Below are positions 10,446-22,502 of a stretch of DNA of 30,560 nt, one piece after another. The notes under the pieces were generated by a model that saw only the letters and a program-made list of their open reading frames with translations, made no database searches and was not told where the DNA came from. Source of the DNA: Macrostomum lignano (Eukaryota); the NCBI GenBank assembly GCA_002269645.1, contig NIVC01001179.1:1-30560 (forward strand), given 5' to 3'. Position 1 is the first letter of the stretch. Each line of letters starts with the position of its first letter. The position numbers were made by a program, and so were the translations under genes.

Positions 10446-10712
10446 GGGTTGTAGCCGTAAGAGCGTCGGACTCACGACTGAAAGGTCGGGGGTTCGATTC
10501 TCGACCCTCTTGGAAAAATTTGTGTCCTTGAGCAAGACACTTAACTCTGCATTGCTTCAGTTCACTCAGCTGTAAAATGGGTGCCAGCATTAACTGGGGT
10601 AATTGAGGCTGTGCGTGGCGACCCCCCAGTCCTTGGACTGAACAGCCGCACGCAGCCTTCAGATGCGCTGCGCAATAGCTGCGGCTGAGCTGTCGGTTGC
10701 ACATCTGCCCAT
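10446..10712 (+). mobile_element. tRNA-derived SINE, family 1 (copy A)
   Basis: Head with a partly deleted A-box and B-box GGTTCGATTC. Central GTGTCCTTGAGCAAGACACTTAAC...CAGCTGTAAAATGGGT resembles conserved CORE/V-type SINE domains. Nearly identical to the reverse complement of 21139-21450. Confidence 0.85.
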
Positions 10713-10881
10713 TGAGCTGGTGTAATAAAAAGTAGTTGGTTGTTTGCGATAGAAAAATGTGCAATACAGGCCTTCGTATCGAGCATAGAGTATGAATAAA
10801 GCGGATTTCATTTTCAAACTATTGCTCCGTTTATGTCAGGGTCGAAACAATGGTGTAGCGGATTCGATAGACAGGACCAAG

Positions 10882-13482
10882 AGAGCGGGTTGGATTGTTG
10901 CGGGACTGATAGCGGAGCAGATTTAGATTGTTGCGGGACTGATAGCGGAGCAGATTTAGATTGTTACGGGACTGATAGCGGAGCAGATTTAGATTGTTGC
11001 AGGACTGATAGCGGAGCAGATTTAGATTGTTGCAGGACTGATAGCGGAGCAGATTTAGATTGTTGCAGGGCTGATAGCGGAGCAGATTTAGATTGTTGCA
11101 GGACTGATAGCGGAGCAGATTTAGATTGTTGCAGGACTGATAGCGGAGCAGATTTAGATTGTTGTAGGACTGATAGCGGAGCGGATTGAATTATTGCAGG
11201 ACTGATAGCGGAGCAGATTTAGATTGTTGCAGGACTGATAGCGGAGCAGATTTAGATTGTTGCAGGACTGATAGCGGAGCGGATTGAATTATTGCAGGAC
11301 TGATAGCGGAGCGGATTTAGATTGTTGCATTGCTGATAGCGGAGCAGATTTAGATTGTTGCAGGACTGATAGCGGAGCAGATTGAATTATTGCAGGACTG
11401 ATAGCGGAGCGGATTTAGATTGTTGCAGGACTGATAGCGGAGCAGATTTAGATTGTTGCAGGACTGATAGCGGAGCAGATTTAGATTGTTGCAGGACTGA
11501 TAGCGGAGCGGATTGGATTATTGCAGGACTGATAGCGGAGCGGATTTAGATTGTTGCATTGCTGATAGCGGAGCAGATTTAGATTGTTGCAGGGCTGATA
11601 GCGGAGCAGATTTAGATTGTTGCAGGACTGATAGCGGAGCGGATTGAATTATTGCAGGACTGATAGCGGAGCGGATTTAGATTGTTGCAGGACTGATAGC
11701 GGAGCGGATTGAATTATTGCAGGACTGATAGCGGAGCGGATTGAATTATTGCAGGACTGATAGCGGAGCAGATTTAGATTGTTGCAGGACTGATAGCGGA
11801 GCAGATTTAGATTGTTGCAGGACTGATAGCGGAGCAGATTTAGATTGTTGCAGGACTGATAGCGGAGCGGATTGAATTATTGCAGGACTGATAGCGGAGC
11901 GGATTTAGATTGTTGCATTGCTGATAGCGGAGCAGATTTAGATTGTTGCAGGACTGATAGCGGAGCAGATTGAATTATTGCAGGACTGATAGCGGAGCGG
12001 ATTTAGATTGTTGCAGGACTGATAGCGGAGCAGATTTAGATTGTTGCAGGACTGATAGCGGAGCAGATTTAGATTGTTGCAGGACTGATAGCGGAGCGGA
12101 TTGGATTATTGCAGGACTGATAGCGGAGCGGATTTAGATTGTTGCATTGCTGATAGCGGAGCAGATTTAGATTGTTGTAGGGCTGATAGCGGAGAAGATT
12201 TAGATTGTTGCAGGACTGATAGCGGAGCGGATTGAATTATTGCAGGACTGATAGCGGAGCGGATTTAGATTGTTGCATTGCTGATAGCGGAGCAGATTTA
12301 GATTGTTGCAGGGCTGATAGCGGAGCAGATTTAGATTGTTGCATTGCTGATAGCGGAGCAGATTTAGATTGTTGCAGGACTGATAGCGGAGCAGATTTAG
12401 ATTGTTGCAGGACTGATAGCGGAGCAGATTTAGATTGTTGCAGGGCTGATAGCGGAGCAGATTTAGATTGTTGCATTGCTGATAGCGGAGCAGATTTAGA
12501 TTGTTGCAGGGCTGATAGCGGAGCGGATTTAGATTGTTGCAGGACTGATAGCGGAGCGGATTGGATTGCAGGACTGATAGCGGAGCAGATTTAGATTGTT
12601 GCAGGGCTGATAGCGGAGCAGATTTAGATTGTTGCAGGGCTGATAGCGGAGCGGATTTAGATTGTTGCAGGACTGATAGCGGAGCAGATTTAGATTGTTG
12701 CAGGGCTGATAGCGGAGCAGATTTAGATTGTTGCAAGACTGATAGCAGAGCAGATTTAGATTGTTGCAAGACTGATAGCAGAGCAGATTTAGATTGTTGC
12801 GGGACTGATAGCAGAGCAGATTTAGATTGTTGCAAGACTGATAGCAGAGCAGATTTAGATTGTTGCAAGACTGATAGCAGAGCGGGTTTAGATTGTTGCA
12901 GGGCTGATAGCAGAGCAGATTTAGATTGTTGCAAGACTGATAGCAGAGCAGATTTAGATTGTTGCAAGACTGATAGCAGAGCAGATTTAGATTGTTGCAA
13001 GACTGATAGCAGAGCAGATTTAGATTGTTGCAAGACTGATAGCAGAGCAGATTTAGATTGTTGCAAGACTGATAGCAGAGCAGATTTAGATTGTTGCAAG
13101 ACTGATAGCAGAGCGGGTTTAGATTGTTGCAGGGCTGATAGCAGAGCGGGTTTAGATTGTTGCAGGGCTGATAGCAGAGCGGGTTTAGATTGTTGCAGGA
13201 CTGATAGCAGAGCAGATTTAGATTGTTGCAAGACTGATAGCAGAGCAGATTTAGATTGTTGCAAGACTGATAGCAGAGCGGGTTTAGATTGTTGCAGGGC
13301 TGATAGCAGAGCGGGTTTAGATTGTTGCAGGGCTGATAGCAGAGCGGATTTAGATTGTTGCAGGGCTGATAGCAGAGCGGGTTTAGATTGTTGCAGGGCT
13401 GATAGCAGAGCGGGTTTAGATTGTTGCAGGGCTGATAGCAGAGCGGGTTTAGATTGTTGCAGGGCTGATAGCAGAGCGGATT
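10882..13482. repeat. 33-bp minisatellite array (about 79 units) in intron 9
   Basis: Unit GGACTGATAGCGGAGCAGATTTAGATTGTTGCA with 32-bp variants. No unique spacers. Confidence 0.97.
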
Positions 13483-13601
13483 ACATCCATTAAAGAGCAG
13501 AGAATTTTAAGCGATCAACTGGAACTGATCAGCCGTTGATGATTCAAGCCAGCCAGAAAGATGATTCATTCAAGTAATTCGAGTCCCTAATTCCTGCTCA
13601 C

Positions 13602-13843
13602 CTGGAAGCCGGTCAAAGTAATAATTAGCTAAGAAGCCCGGGCCACTGCGTCGGGCATTGCTGACAAAGGTGACGCGCAGGCAGGCAGCCCGCCTAACAA
13701 AGCTGAACCGACTGCCGACTGGAGGCCGGCCGCACCGCGTCTCCGACAGCGACGCCGCCGATCTGCTGGTTGATTCGGCCGACTGGCCGCTGCGGTCTTG
13801 GCAGTCCTCGGCAACAACGTAGTCGCTGTCTTTTGGGTTGCAC
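13602..13843 (-). CDS. CUB gene exon 9 (second half of CUB5)
   Basis: Acceptor atgcag|G at 13844/13843 and donor CAG|gtgagc at 13602/13601. CNPKDSDYVVAEDC..RCGRPPVGSRFSFVRRAACLRVTFVSNARRSGPGFLANYYF. Confidence 0.85.
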
Positions 13844-14032
13844 CTGCATGGCGGTGTTAGGGAAAAATTACATGTCCTCTCGTACATGTACATGTGAGGA
13901 TTTGAGTTGTACTTTTTGCGGTAATCCAAAATCAGAGAGATCTGATCCAATCCAAGGAGAAGCAACCCAAACAATCGAGTAAGGGCAGCATTGTCAACCA
14001 GATGGGGCCAATTGCATGTATCACCCTCAAAC

Positions 14033-14465
14033 CAGGTGCATGAGACCAATTCACACCCTCAACCAGGTGGAGACTAATTACATGTACATGTAGCACCGTC
14101 AATCAGGTGAGACCAATTAGAGCCTGAACTAGGTGAGATCAATTAGCATCCTCAACCAGGTGAGACTAATTACTGTACATGTAGTACCAAAATCAGGTGA
14201 GACTAATTAGAGCCTGAAGTAGGTGAGACCAATTAGAGCCTGAAGTAGGTGAGACAAATTAGTACCCTCAATCAGGTGAGATCAATTAGCAACCCCAATC
14301 AGGTGAGACCAATTAGCAACCCCAACCAGGTGAGACCAATTAGCAACCCCAATCAGGTGAGACCAATTAGCACCCTCAAACAGGTGAGACCAATTAGCAC
14401 CCTCAACTAGATGAGACCAATTACAGAAGGTACCCTCAACCACGTAAGACCAATTAGCACCCTCA
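14033..14465. repeat. 27-bp minisatellite in intron 8
   Basis: Unit CAGGTGAGACCAATTAGCAACCCCAAT, for example at 14273 and 14300. About 16 degenerate copies. Confidence 0.9.
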
Positions 14466-14477
14466 GCCAGTCCTTAC

Positions 14478-14703
14478 CATCGTGATATCGGGGACGCTTC
14501 TGTATCGAAGTTGGCGAACTCCACCCTGATCTGCTCGGCCTGTCCAGCTGAGTGGAATTCGTACACGCAGGTGAGCTGCTCCGGATACGGGTGCGGGTAG
14601 TTCGGACTCGTGAACCTGCCGCTGCGATTCTGCCGGCTGTAGAAGCTGAAGTGGCAGCCCAGCGGCCAGTTCTGGTTCTTGAAGCGGCCCAATACGCCGA
14701 AGT
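14478..14703 (-). CDS. CUB gene exon 8 (first half of CUB5)
   Basis: Acceptor ccgcag|AC at 14704/14703 and donor TG|gtaagg at 14478/14477. DFGVLG..CHFSFYSRQNRSGRFTSPNYPHPYPEQLTCVYEF..EQIRVEFANFDTE is a canonical CUB start. Confidence 0.9.
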
Positions 14704-14841
14704 CTGCGGAAGGATGGCGGACATTCCAGAGCCGGTATGAATTAATGGTGGACATTTCAGAGACAGTGAGAAGTAACGATGAAGCATAGAGACTGTAGAG
14801 AAAGTACAGCGGACACTCCGCAAACAGCCAGGCAGCCTCAC

Positions 14842-15575
14842 CCTGCACAAATCCGTAGGCCAGTCGGACTCCGCCCCGAACTCGGCCGCTGCCGCCAGCT
14901 CTGAAGGCCGCCAGCAGCCTCGTCACGCTGCCGGCGCTCATGACGCGCACCGGGAGCTCAAGGCCGCTGTCGCTTCCGCCTCTACCGCTGCCTTCGCTGC
15001 AGAAGACAGTCTCGACAGCGTCGGTGGCATCGGCGACATATCTCGTCACCGACAGTTGGTCGGCGTCCGCTGCGCAAGAGGCTGATCCGCTTTGCTTGTC
15101 GACTTTCGCGATTCTTCCGCCGTTGCCGACTCCGCCGAGCTGTTGAATCTCCACCACCACGCGCTCCGTGGCGTTGGCGACCCCGACGAACATCCAAGAG
15201 GCCGAGGCAGCACAACCCGTGTCGAGATTGTTGTCGGCGAGGTCGTCATCGACGCTAGTGACGACGCCGGCGATGCCGCCAGTGATGACTGACGGCTCCC
15301 GGCATCGAGCGGCTTCAACTTGCGGCAGCTGCGGCGGCGGTGGCGGCGGCGGCAGGTGCGGATTCGACCTTCGCTGGAAGTAGAAACTGGCCCTGAAGCC
15401 TCTCTCCGGACCGCTGCTACGGCCGTCAGACTCGAAGACGAGAGTCAGGCTGCGCCCGGTAGACCAGATGTCGTCGACTTGGCCGCCGGAGCCGCAGCGG
15501 ACGCCGTCGGCCGTGGCCAAGACGGCATCTCCGTCGTAGATGAGTAGCTTGTCTCCCGGGTAGGCCTGGGTGCAG
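14842..15575 (-). CDS. CUB gene exon 7 (end of CUB3, Pro-rich linker, divergent CUB4)
   Basis: Acceptor gtacag|C at 15576/15575 and donor CAGG|gtgagg at 14842/14841. CTQAYPGDKLLIYDG..RCGS..IWSTGRSLTLVFESD..RGFRASFYF, then PPPPPPP, then a second CUB-like unit ending VRLAYGFVQ. Confidence 0.88.
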
Positions 15576-15775
15576 CTGTACATGTGTGCAGATATGCAGT
15601 TGAACAGTTGTATAAGAAAGATCGTATTTACAATGTTGGATAATACCTTAATGAGCTTGATATGTCTTTACAAGTTAGATGTGTAGCCTTAGATGTGGCT
15701 CTTAGAAGCGTAGGAGTTATATATGCTGCTTTTCGAGCGCTGGGTATGTCTTTTAATGGCTTATGGGGTCTCCAA

Positions 15776-16834
<1,059 letters not shown>

Positions 16835-16919
16835 ATTTATATCTAAATATCCATCTGCCTGCCTGTCGTCCCGCCTGTCTGTCTGCCTGCATGTCTGCCC
16901 CCAGCCGAATTCCGCTCAC

Positions 16920-17121
16920 CTGCCAGTCGGTCCTTCATCCAGCTGAAAGGATTCAAAGCTGACCCGCACAGTCTCCCCCGGCTGGCCGGTGAACTGGTAG
17001 GTGATGCGGCACAGCTTGGGGTAGGCGTTGGGAAAGTGCAGGCTGGCTATCACGCCTTGGCGCTGTCTGCGGCTGTCAAAGTGCATCGTGTAGTTAAATA
17101 GGTCCTTGTCGGTGCCGGGGC
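16920..17121 (-). CDS. CUB gene exon 6 (first half of CUB3), missed by the ORF track
   Basis: Acceptor caacag|GC at 17122/17121 and donor AG|gtgagc at 16920/16919. PGTDKDLFNYTMHFDSRRQRQGVIASLHFPNAYPKLCRITYQFTGQPGETVRVSFESFQLDEG. Confidence 0.88.
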
Positions 17122-17227
17122 CTGTTGGCGAGCAGGGTTTTAGCGTTGCCTTTTACGATTTTCGATTTGCTGCTTACTCTGCGTTAGTCTACGAAAAACT
17201 TGAGGTAAAAAACTGACCTCTCAGTTT

Positions 17228-17745
17228 CAGTCACCGGAAGTTGCCCTAGAAATCCACTACAGTCACCGAAAGTTGCCCTAGAAATCCACTACAGTCACCG
17301 AAAGTTGCCCTGGAAATCCACTACGGTCACCGGAAGTTGGCCTAGAAATTCACTTTAGTAACCGGAAGTTGATCTAGAAATCCACTTTAGTAACCGGAAG
17401 TTGCCCTAGAAATCCACTACAGTCACCGAAAGTTGCCCTAGAAATCCACTACAGTCACCGGAAGTTGACCTAGAAATCCACTACAGTCACCGGAAGTTGA
17501 CCTAGAAATCCACTTTATTAACCGGAAGTTGCCCTAGAAATCCACTATAGTCACCGGAAGTTGCCCTAGAAATCCACTTTAGTAACCGGAAGTTGCCCTA
17601 GAAATCCACTACAGTCACCGGAAGTTGCCCTAGAAATTCACTATAGTCACCGGAAGTTGCCCTATAAATCCACTACAGTCGCCGCATGTTGTTTAAGAAT
17701 TCCACTATAGTGGCCGGAAGTGAACTATAAACCCACCGGAAGTGT
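17228..17745. repeat. 32-bp minisatellite in intron 5
   Basis: Unit CAGTCACCGGAAGTTGCCCTAGAAATCCACTA. About 14 clear copies plus a degenerate tail. Confidence 0.93.
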
Positions 17746-17770
17746 CCCAAGAGAAAGAGGAATATCTCAC

Positions 17771-17961
17771 CGGACCGTGGCGCACCCAGGCCATATCCAA
17801 TAGGCGCTGTAGGCTGCAGCCTGTGCATAGCAACAAAGCCGAACCGGCCGGCGAATCCTTGTCCGGTGACGTCATCAGAATTGGCCTCGAACCGCAGCAG
17901 CAGGTAGCCGGCCGGACTCACCACCTGCTCCTTGGCGCGAGCGTCGCAGTAGCTGGTAAAT
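17771..17961 (-). CDS. CUB gene exon 5 (second half of CUB2)
   Basis: Acceptor gaccag|A at 17962/17961 (in-frame alternative at 17952) and donor CCG|gtgaga at 17771/17770. SYCDARAKEQVVSPAGYLLLRFEANSDDVTGQGFAGRFGF. Confidence 0.87.
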
Positions 17962-18166
17962 CTGGTCAGTTTGTTTCCCGTGTGATTCGGATTGGAATTA
18001 AGCATGGTTGCTGCTGGTCAGGGTCAAAGAGACAATAATCAAACAAAGGTTTTAATCATTTTTCATTTGTGCCAAAGAAAAATCTGGTAAATTCCCGTAT
18101 TTCTACTTTCAGTAACTGAGCTGGCACATTCTAGTCATTAGATTCCCTGGTTTTTGTTTTCTTTAC

Positions 18167-18467
18167 CTTGCCAACAGCGGCGCGTCCCGTTGTTCACCGC
18201 CCGTCACCACCATGATGTCCTTATCGTCCAGGCGGCCGTCCAGACAGCGGCTGGCGTTGGGCCGGCCGCCCAGGCTGACCCGGTGGAAGTCCAGGCGGAC
18301 CCGCTCGCCCGGCCGGGCCACAAACCGGTAGGCGCACAGGATGCCGGGCGGGTAGTTCTGCGGGTAGCCGGGCGAGAAGAACCGGCCGGAGGTGGCGCCG
18401 CCCTCGCTGTGGAATTCATAGTCGCAGGTGGAGCCGCCGACCAGGGCGCCGTCGGTTTTGTACTGGC
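18167..18467 (-). CDS. CUB gene exon 4 (first half of CUB2)
   Basis: Acceptor gaacag|GC at 18468/18467 and donor AG|gtaaag at 18167/18166. QYKTDGALVGGSTCDYEFHS..SGRFFSPGYPQNYPPGILCAYRFVARPGERVRLDF. Confidence 0.92.
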
Positions 18468-18544
18468 CTGTTCCAGGGGTGGGGATTGGGGAGATTTGCA
18501 CCTGCCGGGGATTCTGGCGAGGGGTGGAGGCTGAATAGTGGACT

Positions 18545-19105
18545 ACTGGAACTGGGGATCGGGATTTAGGACTGAGGATCGGGATAGTAGACCAGGGGGT
18601 CGGGATTTGAGACTGAGGATCGGGATAGTAGACCAGGGGGTTGGGATTTGAGACTGGGGATCGGGATAGTAGACCAGGGGGTCGGGATTTGAGACTGGGG
18701 ATCGGGATAGTAGACCAGGGGGTCGGGATTTGAGACTGAGGATCGGGATAGTAGACCAGGGGTTGGGATTTGAGACTGGGGATCGGGATAGTAGACCAGG
18801 GGGTCGGGATTTGAGACTGGGGATCGGGATACTAGACCAGGGGGTCGGGATTTGAGACTGGGGATCGGGATAGTAGACTGGGGGTCGGGACTTAGGACTG
18901 GGGGTCGGGATTTAGGACTGGGGATCGGGAGAGTAGACTGGGGATCGGGATAGTAGACTGGGGGTCGGGACTTAGGACTGCGGGTCGGGATTTAGGACTG
19001 GGGATCGGGAGAGTAGACTGGGGGTCGGGATTTAGGAATGGGGATCAGGATAGTAGACTGGGGATCGGGATAGTAGACTGGGGGTCGGGAGAGTAGACTG
19101 GGGTT
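18545..19105. repeat. 41-bp G-rich minisatellite (about 20-bp subunits) in intron 3
   Basis: Unit GGGATTTGAGACTGGGGATCGGGATAGTAGACCAGGGGGTC, for example at 18602 and 18643. Confidence 0.92.
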
Positions 19106-19562
19106 ATGATTTAGGACGAGATAGATTAAACTGAAGCAAAAAGCATCAAGCCACTGCCGGTCCCGAATCAGCTTCCCGATCAAATTTGTCTCATAACAGG
19201 CAAAATGCAAAATTTTTAAAAAAGCAATTTTTTCCTCTCGACTTGCCGCCGCTTCCGCCAGCCCAGCTACTCGAATCCTCATCTGAGCACCTGATCCCAT
19301 TCCTGCCCTGGCCTTGCCTTCGGCAGAAAATCCCTCGCATCCCTTCCCCAGCGCGCCATGCAATTTTTTCTTTTAGCTTCGATTTCACTGCCTCAAGCTA
19401 TTGCTGCTTTTTCTCCTATGTCAGTCTAGCAATTATATTTCTCAGTTTTCCATAGTCATTCATCAAATGCACTTATCTTCTGTTTTAAGCTCGCGTTTCA
19501 TTTCAATTCACTTTTCCATCCCACGCAGCGTCCAATTTAATCTTTGATTCATCCGACTTATC

Positions 19563-20228
19563 TACCCACCTCACTCCCGAACCCGCCTCACTCCCGCACC
19601 CACCTCACTCCCACACCCAACTCACTCCCGCACCCACCTCACTCCCGCACCCAACTCACTCCCGCACCCAACTCACTCCTACACCCACCTCACTCCTACA
19701 CCCACCTCACTCCTACACCCACCTCACTCCCGCACCCACCTCACTCCCGCACCCACCTCACTCCTACACCCACCTCACTCCTACACCCACCTCACTCCCG
19801 CACCCACCTCACTCCCGCACCCACCTCACTCCCGCACCCACTTCACTCCTACACCCACCTCATTCCTACACCCACCTCACTCCCGCATCCAACTCACTCC
19901 CGTACCCACCTCACTCCTACACCCACCTCACTCCTACACCCACTTCACTCCTACACCCACCTCACTCCCGCACCCACCTCACTCCTACACCCACCTCACT
20001 CCTACACCCACCTCACTCCTACACCCACCTCACTCCTACACCCACCTCACTCCTACACCCACCTCACTCCTACACCCACCTCACTCCTACACCCACCTCA
20101 TTCCTACACCCACCTCACTCCCGCACCCACCTCACTCCTACACCCACCTCACTCCCGCACCCACCTCACTCCTACACCCACCTCACTCCTACACCCATCT
20201 CACTCCCGCACCCGCTTCACTCCTGCAC
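19563..20228. repeat. 17-bp C-rich minisatellite (array 1) in intron 3
   Basis: Unit CACCCACCTCACTCC(TA/CG), about 39 copies. Confidence 0.95.
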
Positions 20229-20275
20229 CTCTTCCTCCTCCTCCTCCAAAATATTGAAATTCCCCAGTCGCTCAC

Positions 20276-20505
20276 CCGCAGGCTCGAAGCTGAAGCTGCC
20301 TTTGAACCCCTGAAACACTTTGATGCTGTCGGCAGTCTGATAGGCCGGGCTCAGGCGCGAATGAAACTCCAGCATGAGCACCCGGCCTGAGGAGTAGAAC
20401 TCCGCCTGCGGCAGGTCGGCGCCGCACAGCTCGTGACTCGGCCGGTCTTCGCTGCTCAATTCTGCTGTTGCGCTGTTCAGAAACAGCCGAACGTAGTCGT
20501 GACAG
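20276..20505 (-). CDS. CUB gene exon 3 (second half of CUB1)
   Basis: Acceptor cttcag|C at 20506/20505 and donor GCGG|gtgagc at 20276/20275. CHDYVRLFL..ELCGADLPQAEFYSSGRVLMLEFHS..FQGFKGSFSF. Confidence 0.92.
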
Positions 20506-21138
20506 CTGAAGCATTGAATGCGTTTGAGGACAGTCGTTAGAGTAAAAGGACGGGAGCCCACTCGCCAAGATAAGCTCAAGGACCACTGGGCCCCGTTGTC
20601 TCTGCTACAAAATGATAGCGTTTCCACCACTGAGCTTTCCGGGCACTCGAGCAGCGAGCTGGCGGTATCGTCTGGCCAAGGCTGGCTCGGCCGGGTCCCC
20701 TGCCTGTGGCCCCCACCCCAACCGTCATTTTCACCACTCTGATAACTTTACTGATCCGCGCGTCCGTGTACATCAAGGGTAAGACTGAGCACTAATGCGA
20801 CATTCATTTATAACATTTAAGGGTCTCCAACCTATGTACTCGTATAAGCTGGAATACAATATATCGAATATATCGATAGTAGCATTTCAACTGAGATTAG
20901 CTATTTGCTATACTAACTTGAGCGGAGCTATGTACTAAATAAATTTATATAGAGTTGCCGTTGATTGAGTCAAAATCTAATAGCCAATGCGTTTGTCTTA
21001 GTGGGGACGATGATCAGCGAAGGCTGAAAGGGCTAGTAACGAATAGTCACATGTAAGTTCGTAGCTTAGCGGACGACAGTCAGAGAACTACGATTCTAAA
21101 TGAGCAAAGCTTTATTGGCAATTTTTCATCTTCTGAAA

Positions 21139-21450
21139 TTAATAATAAATAATAAATAATTGATTACGCGTGCCCTAATGGGCAGATGTGCAACCGACAG
21201 CTCAGCCGCAGCTATTGCGCAGCGCATCTGAAGGCTGCGTACGGCTGTTCAGTCCAAAGACTGGGGGGTCGCCACACACACCCTCAATTACCCCAACTAA
21301 TGCTGGCACCCATTTTACAGCTGGGTGAACTGAATCAATGCAGAGTTAAGTGTCTTGCTCAAGGACACAAATTGTTCCAGTGGGATCTGGAATCGAACCC
21401 CCGACCTTTCAGTCGTGAGTCCGACGCTCTAACCACTAGGCTACAACCCC
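21139..21450 (-). mobile_element. tRNA-derived SINE, family 1 (copy B, more complete)
   Basis: On the minus strand: GGGGTTGTAGCCTAGTGGTTAGAGCG (A-box) ... GGTTCGATTCC (B-box), the same body as 10446-10712, and a (TTA/TTTA)n tail at about 21139-21160. Confidence 0.88.
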
Positions 21451-22502
21451 GTGAAATTCCTATGTGCGAAAAAGCTGGTCTGTGCTGTAATGTGCTGGAT
21501 TGAAGCCGATATCTGACCTAAAAGTACATGTAGGCAAGAGTATCGTGTGCTTTCTAAACTGACTTATTGTAGGATGCACAGAACTGGAAGGTTGAAAAGA
21601 CGGGGGGAGAGCAGCCTCACAAAAGCATTTTTACAGCGAACTAGCGTCTTCAAAGAAATTTTCATAATTTCTTTAAATGCCGTCCCGTGGCAATTGTCCT
21701 TGGATTGCTCCTCCTGAAATTTTGCACCTTTCCAATAACGGTTCCATAAAAATCGATAGAATTTGTTAGATCTGCCACGGACTTCTCAAAACCGGCTACA
21801 AGTAGCCGCCAGTTGTCCTTGAGAGAAATCTTTCATCAAAATTGATTCGGGAATCTCGCACCGCTCCGTACTCCGATATCCTTGGGATTACTTTATCCGG
21901 GGTTATGGCTGGATTATGCGTGAGACCGGACCAACTTATGCGCTTCGGCTGGGCAAACGCCGAGTAAGAGTGTGATTGCCGATTTAGGAAGCCATGATGA
22001 GGCGTCTCCAAGGCGGCCAGAAATGATTGAATTTCCTTAATAATTTCAGCGCGTCTGGCGCTGGCCAGTGGTGTGGCATAAAGTATTTCTTATAGTATGG
22101 CGTTCGCTTGAAGTACACTACAGAAATCAAATGCAACCAATCGAGTTAGGGTTCCGGACAGAGCAGCCACACAATATTCACTGGCACTACTTATGGCCCC
22201 TGCAGCTATAGACTGAGTTGGCCGCCAATTGCTAAGTGAAGAGCTTTAAGGCTTAGCAAATTACGAGTGCAGACTGAATTTGTCTTGCGGGTTTGAAGGA
22301 TGAAAGCTTTTCCAAGCCCCCGTTCGAGTTCCTGTTTGGTTCATTGTGCACAAAAGCACTTAAAAGATTGGAAACAGAAGACTCAAGTCTTAATTGGCTT
22401 AATAAGTTTACTGAGATCCCTTTCATTTAGCCACCGAAAAAATACCTCACTGCCCCAGACCGCGAAATCTTCATTAAACAAGATCATCTCAGCTCCACTC
22501 AC

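Noticed and set aside
10882-13482. CRISPR-like reading of the 32-33-bp arrays (also 17228-17745 and 27848-28255)
   Set aside because: Units are head-to-tail with no unique spacers, there are no cas genes, and the context is eukaryotic introns.
12561-13493. Cys-rich repeat protein ORFs (DSGADLDCCRT)n and their antisense ORFs
   Set aside because: By-products of a stop-free 33-bp unit. Frames break at 32-bp variants and the array lies in intron 9.
21375-21450. tRNA gene in SINE heads (also 10446-10510 and 24860-24930)
   Set aside because: A/B boxes are present but stems pair poorly, and each head continues into a shared SINE body.
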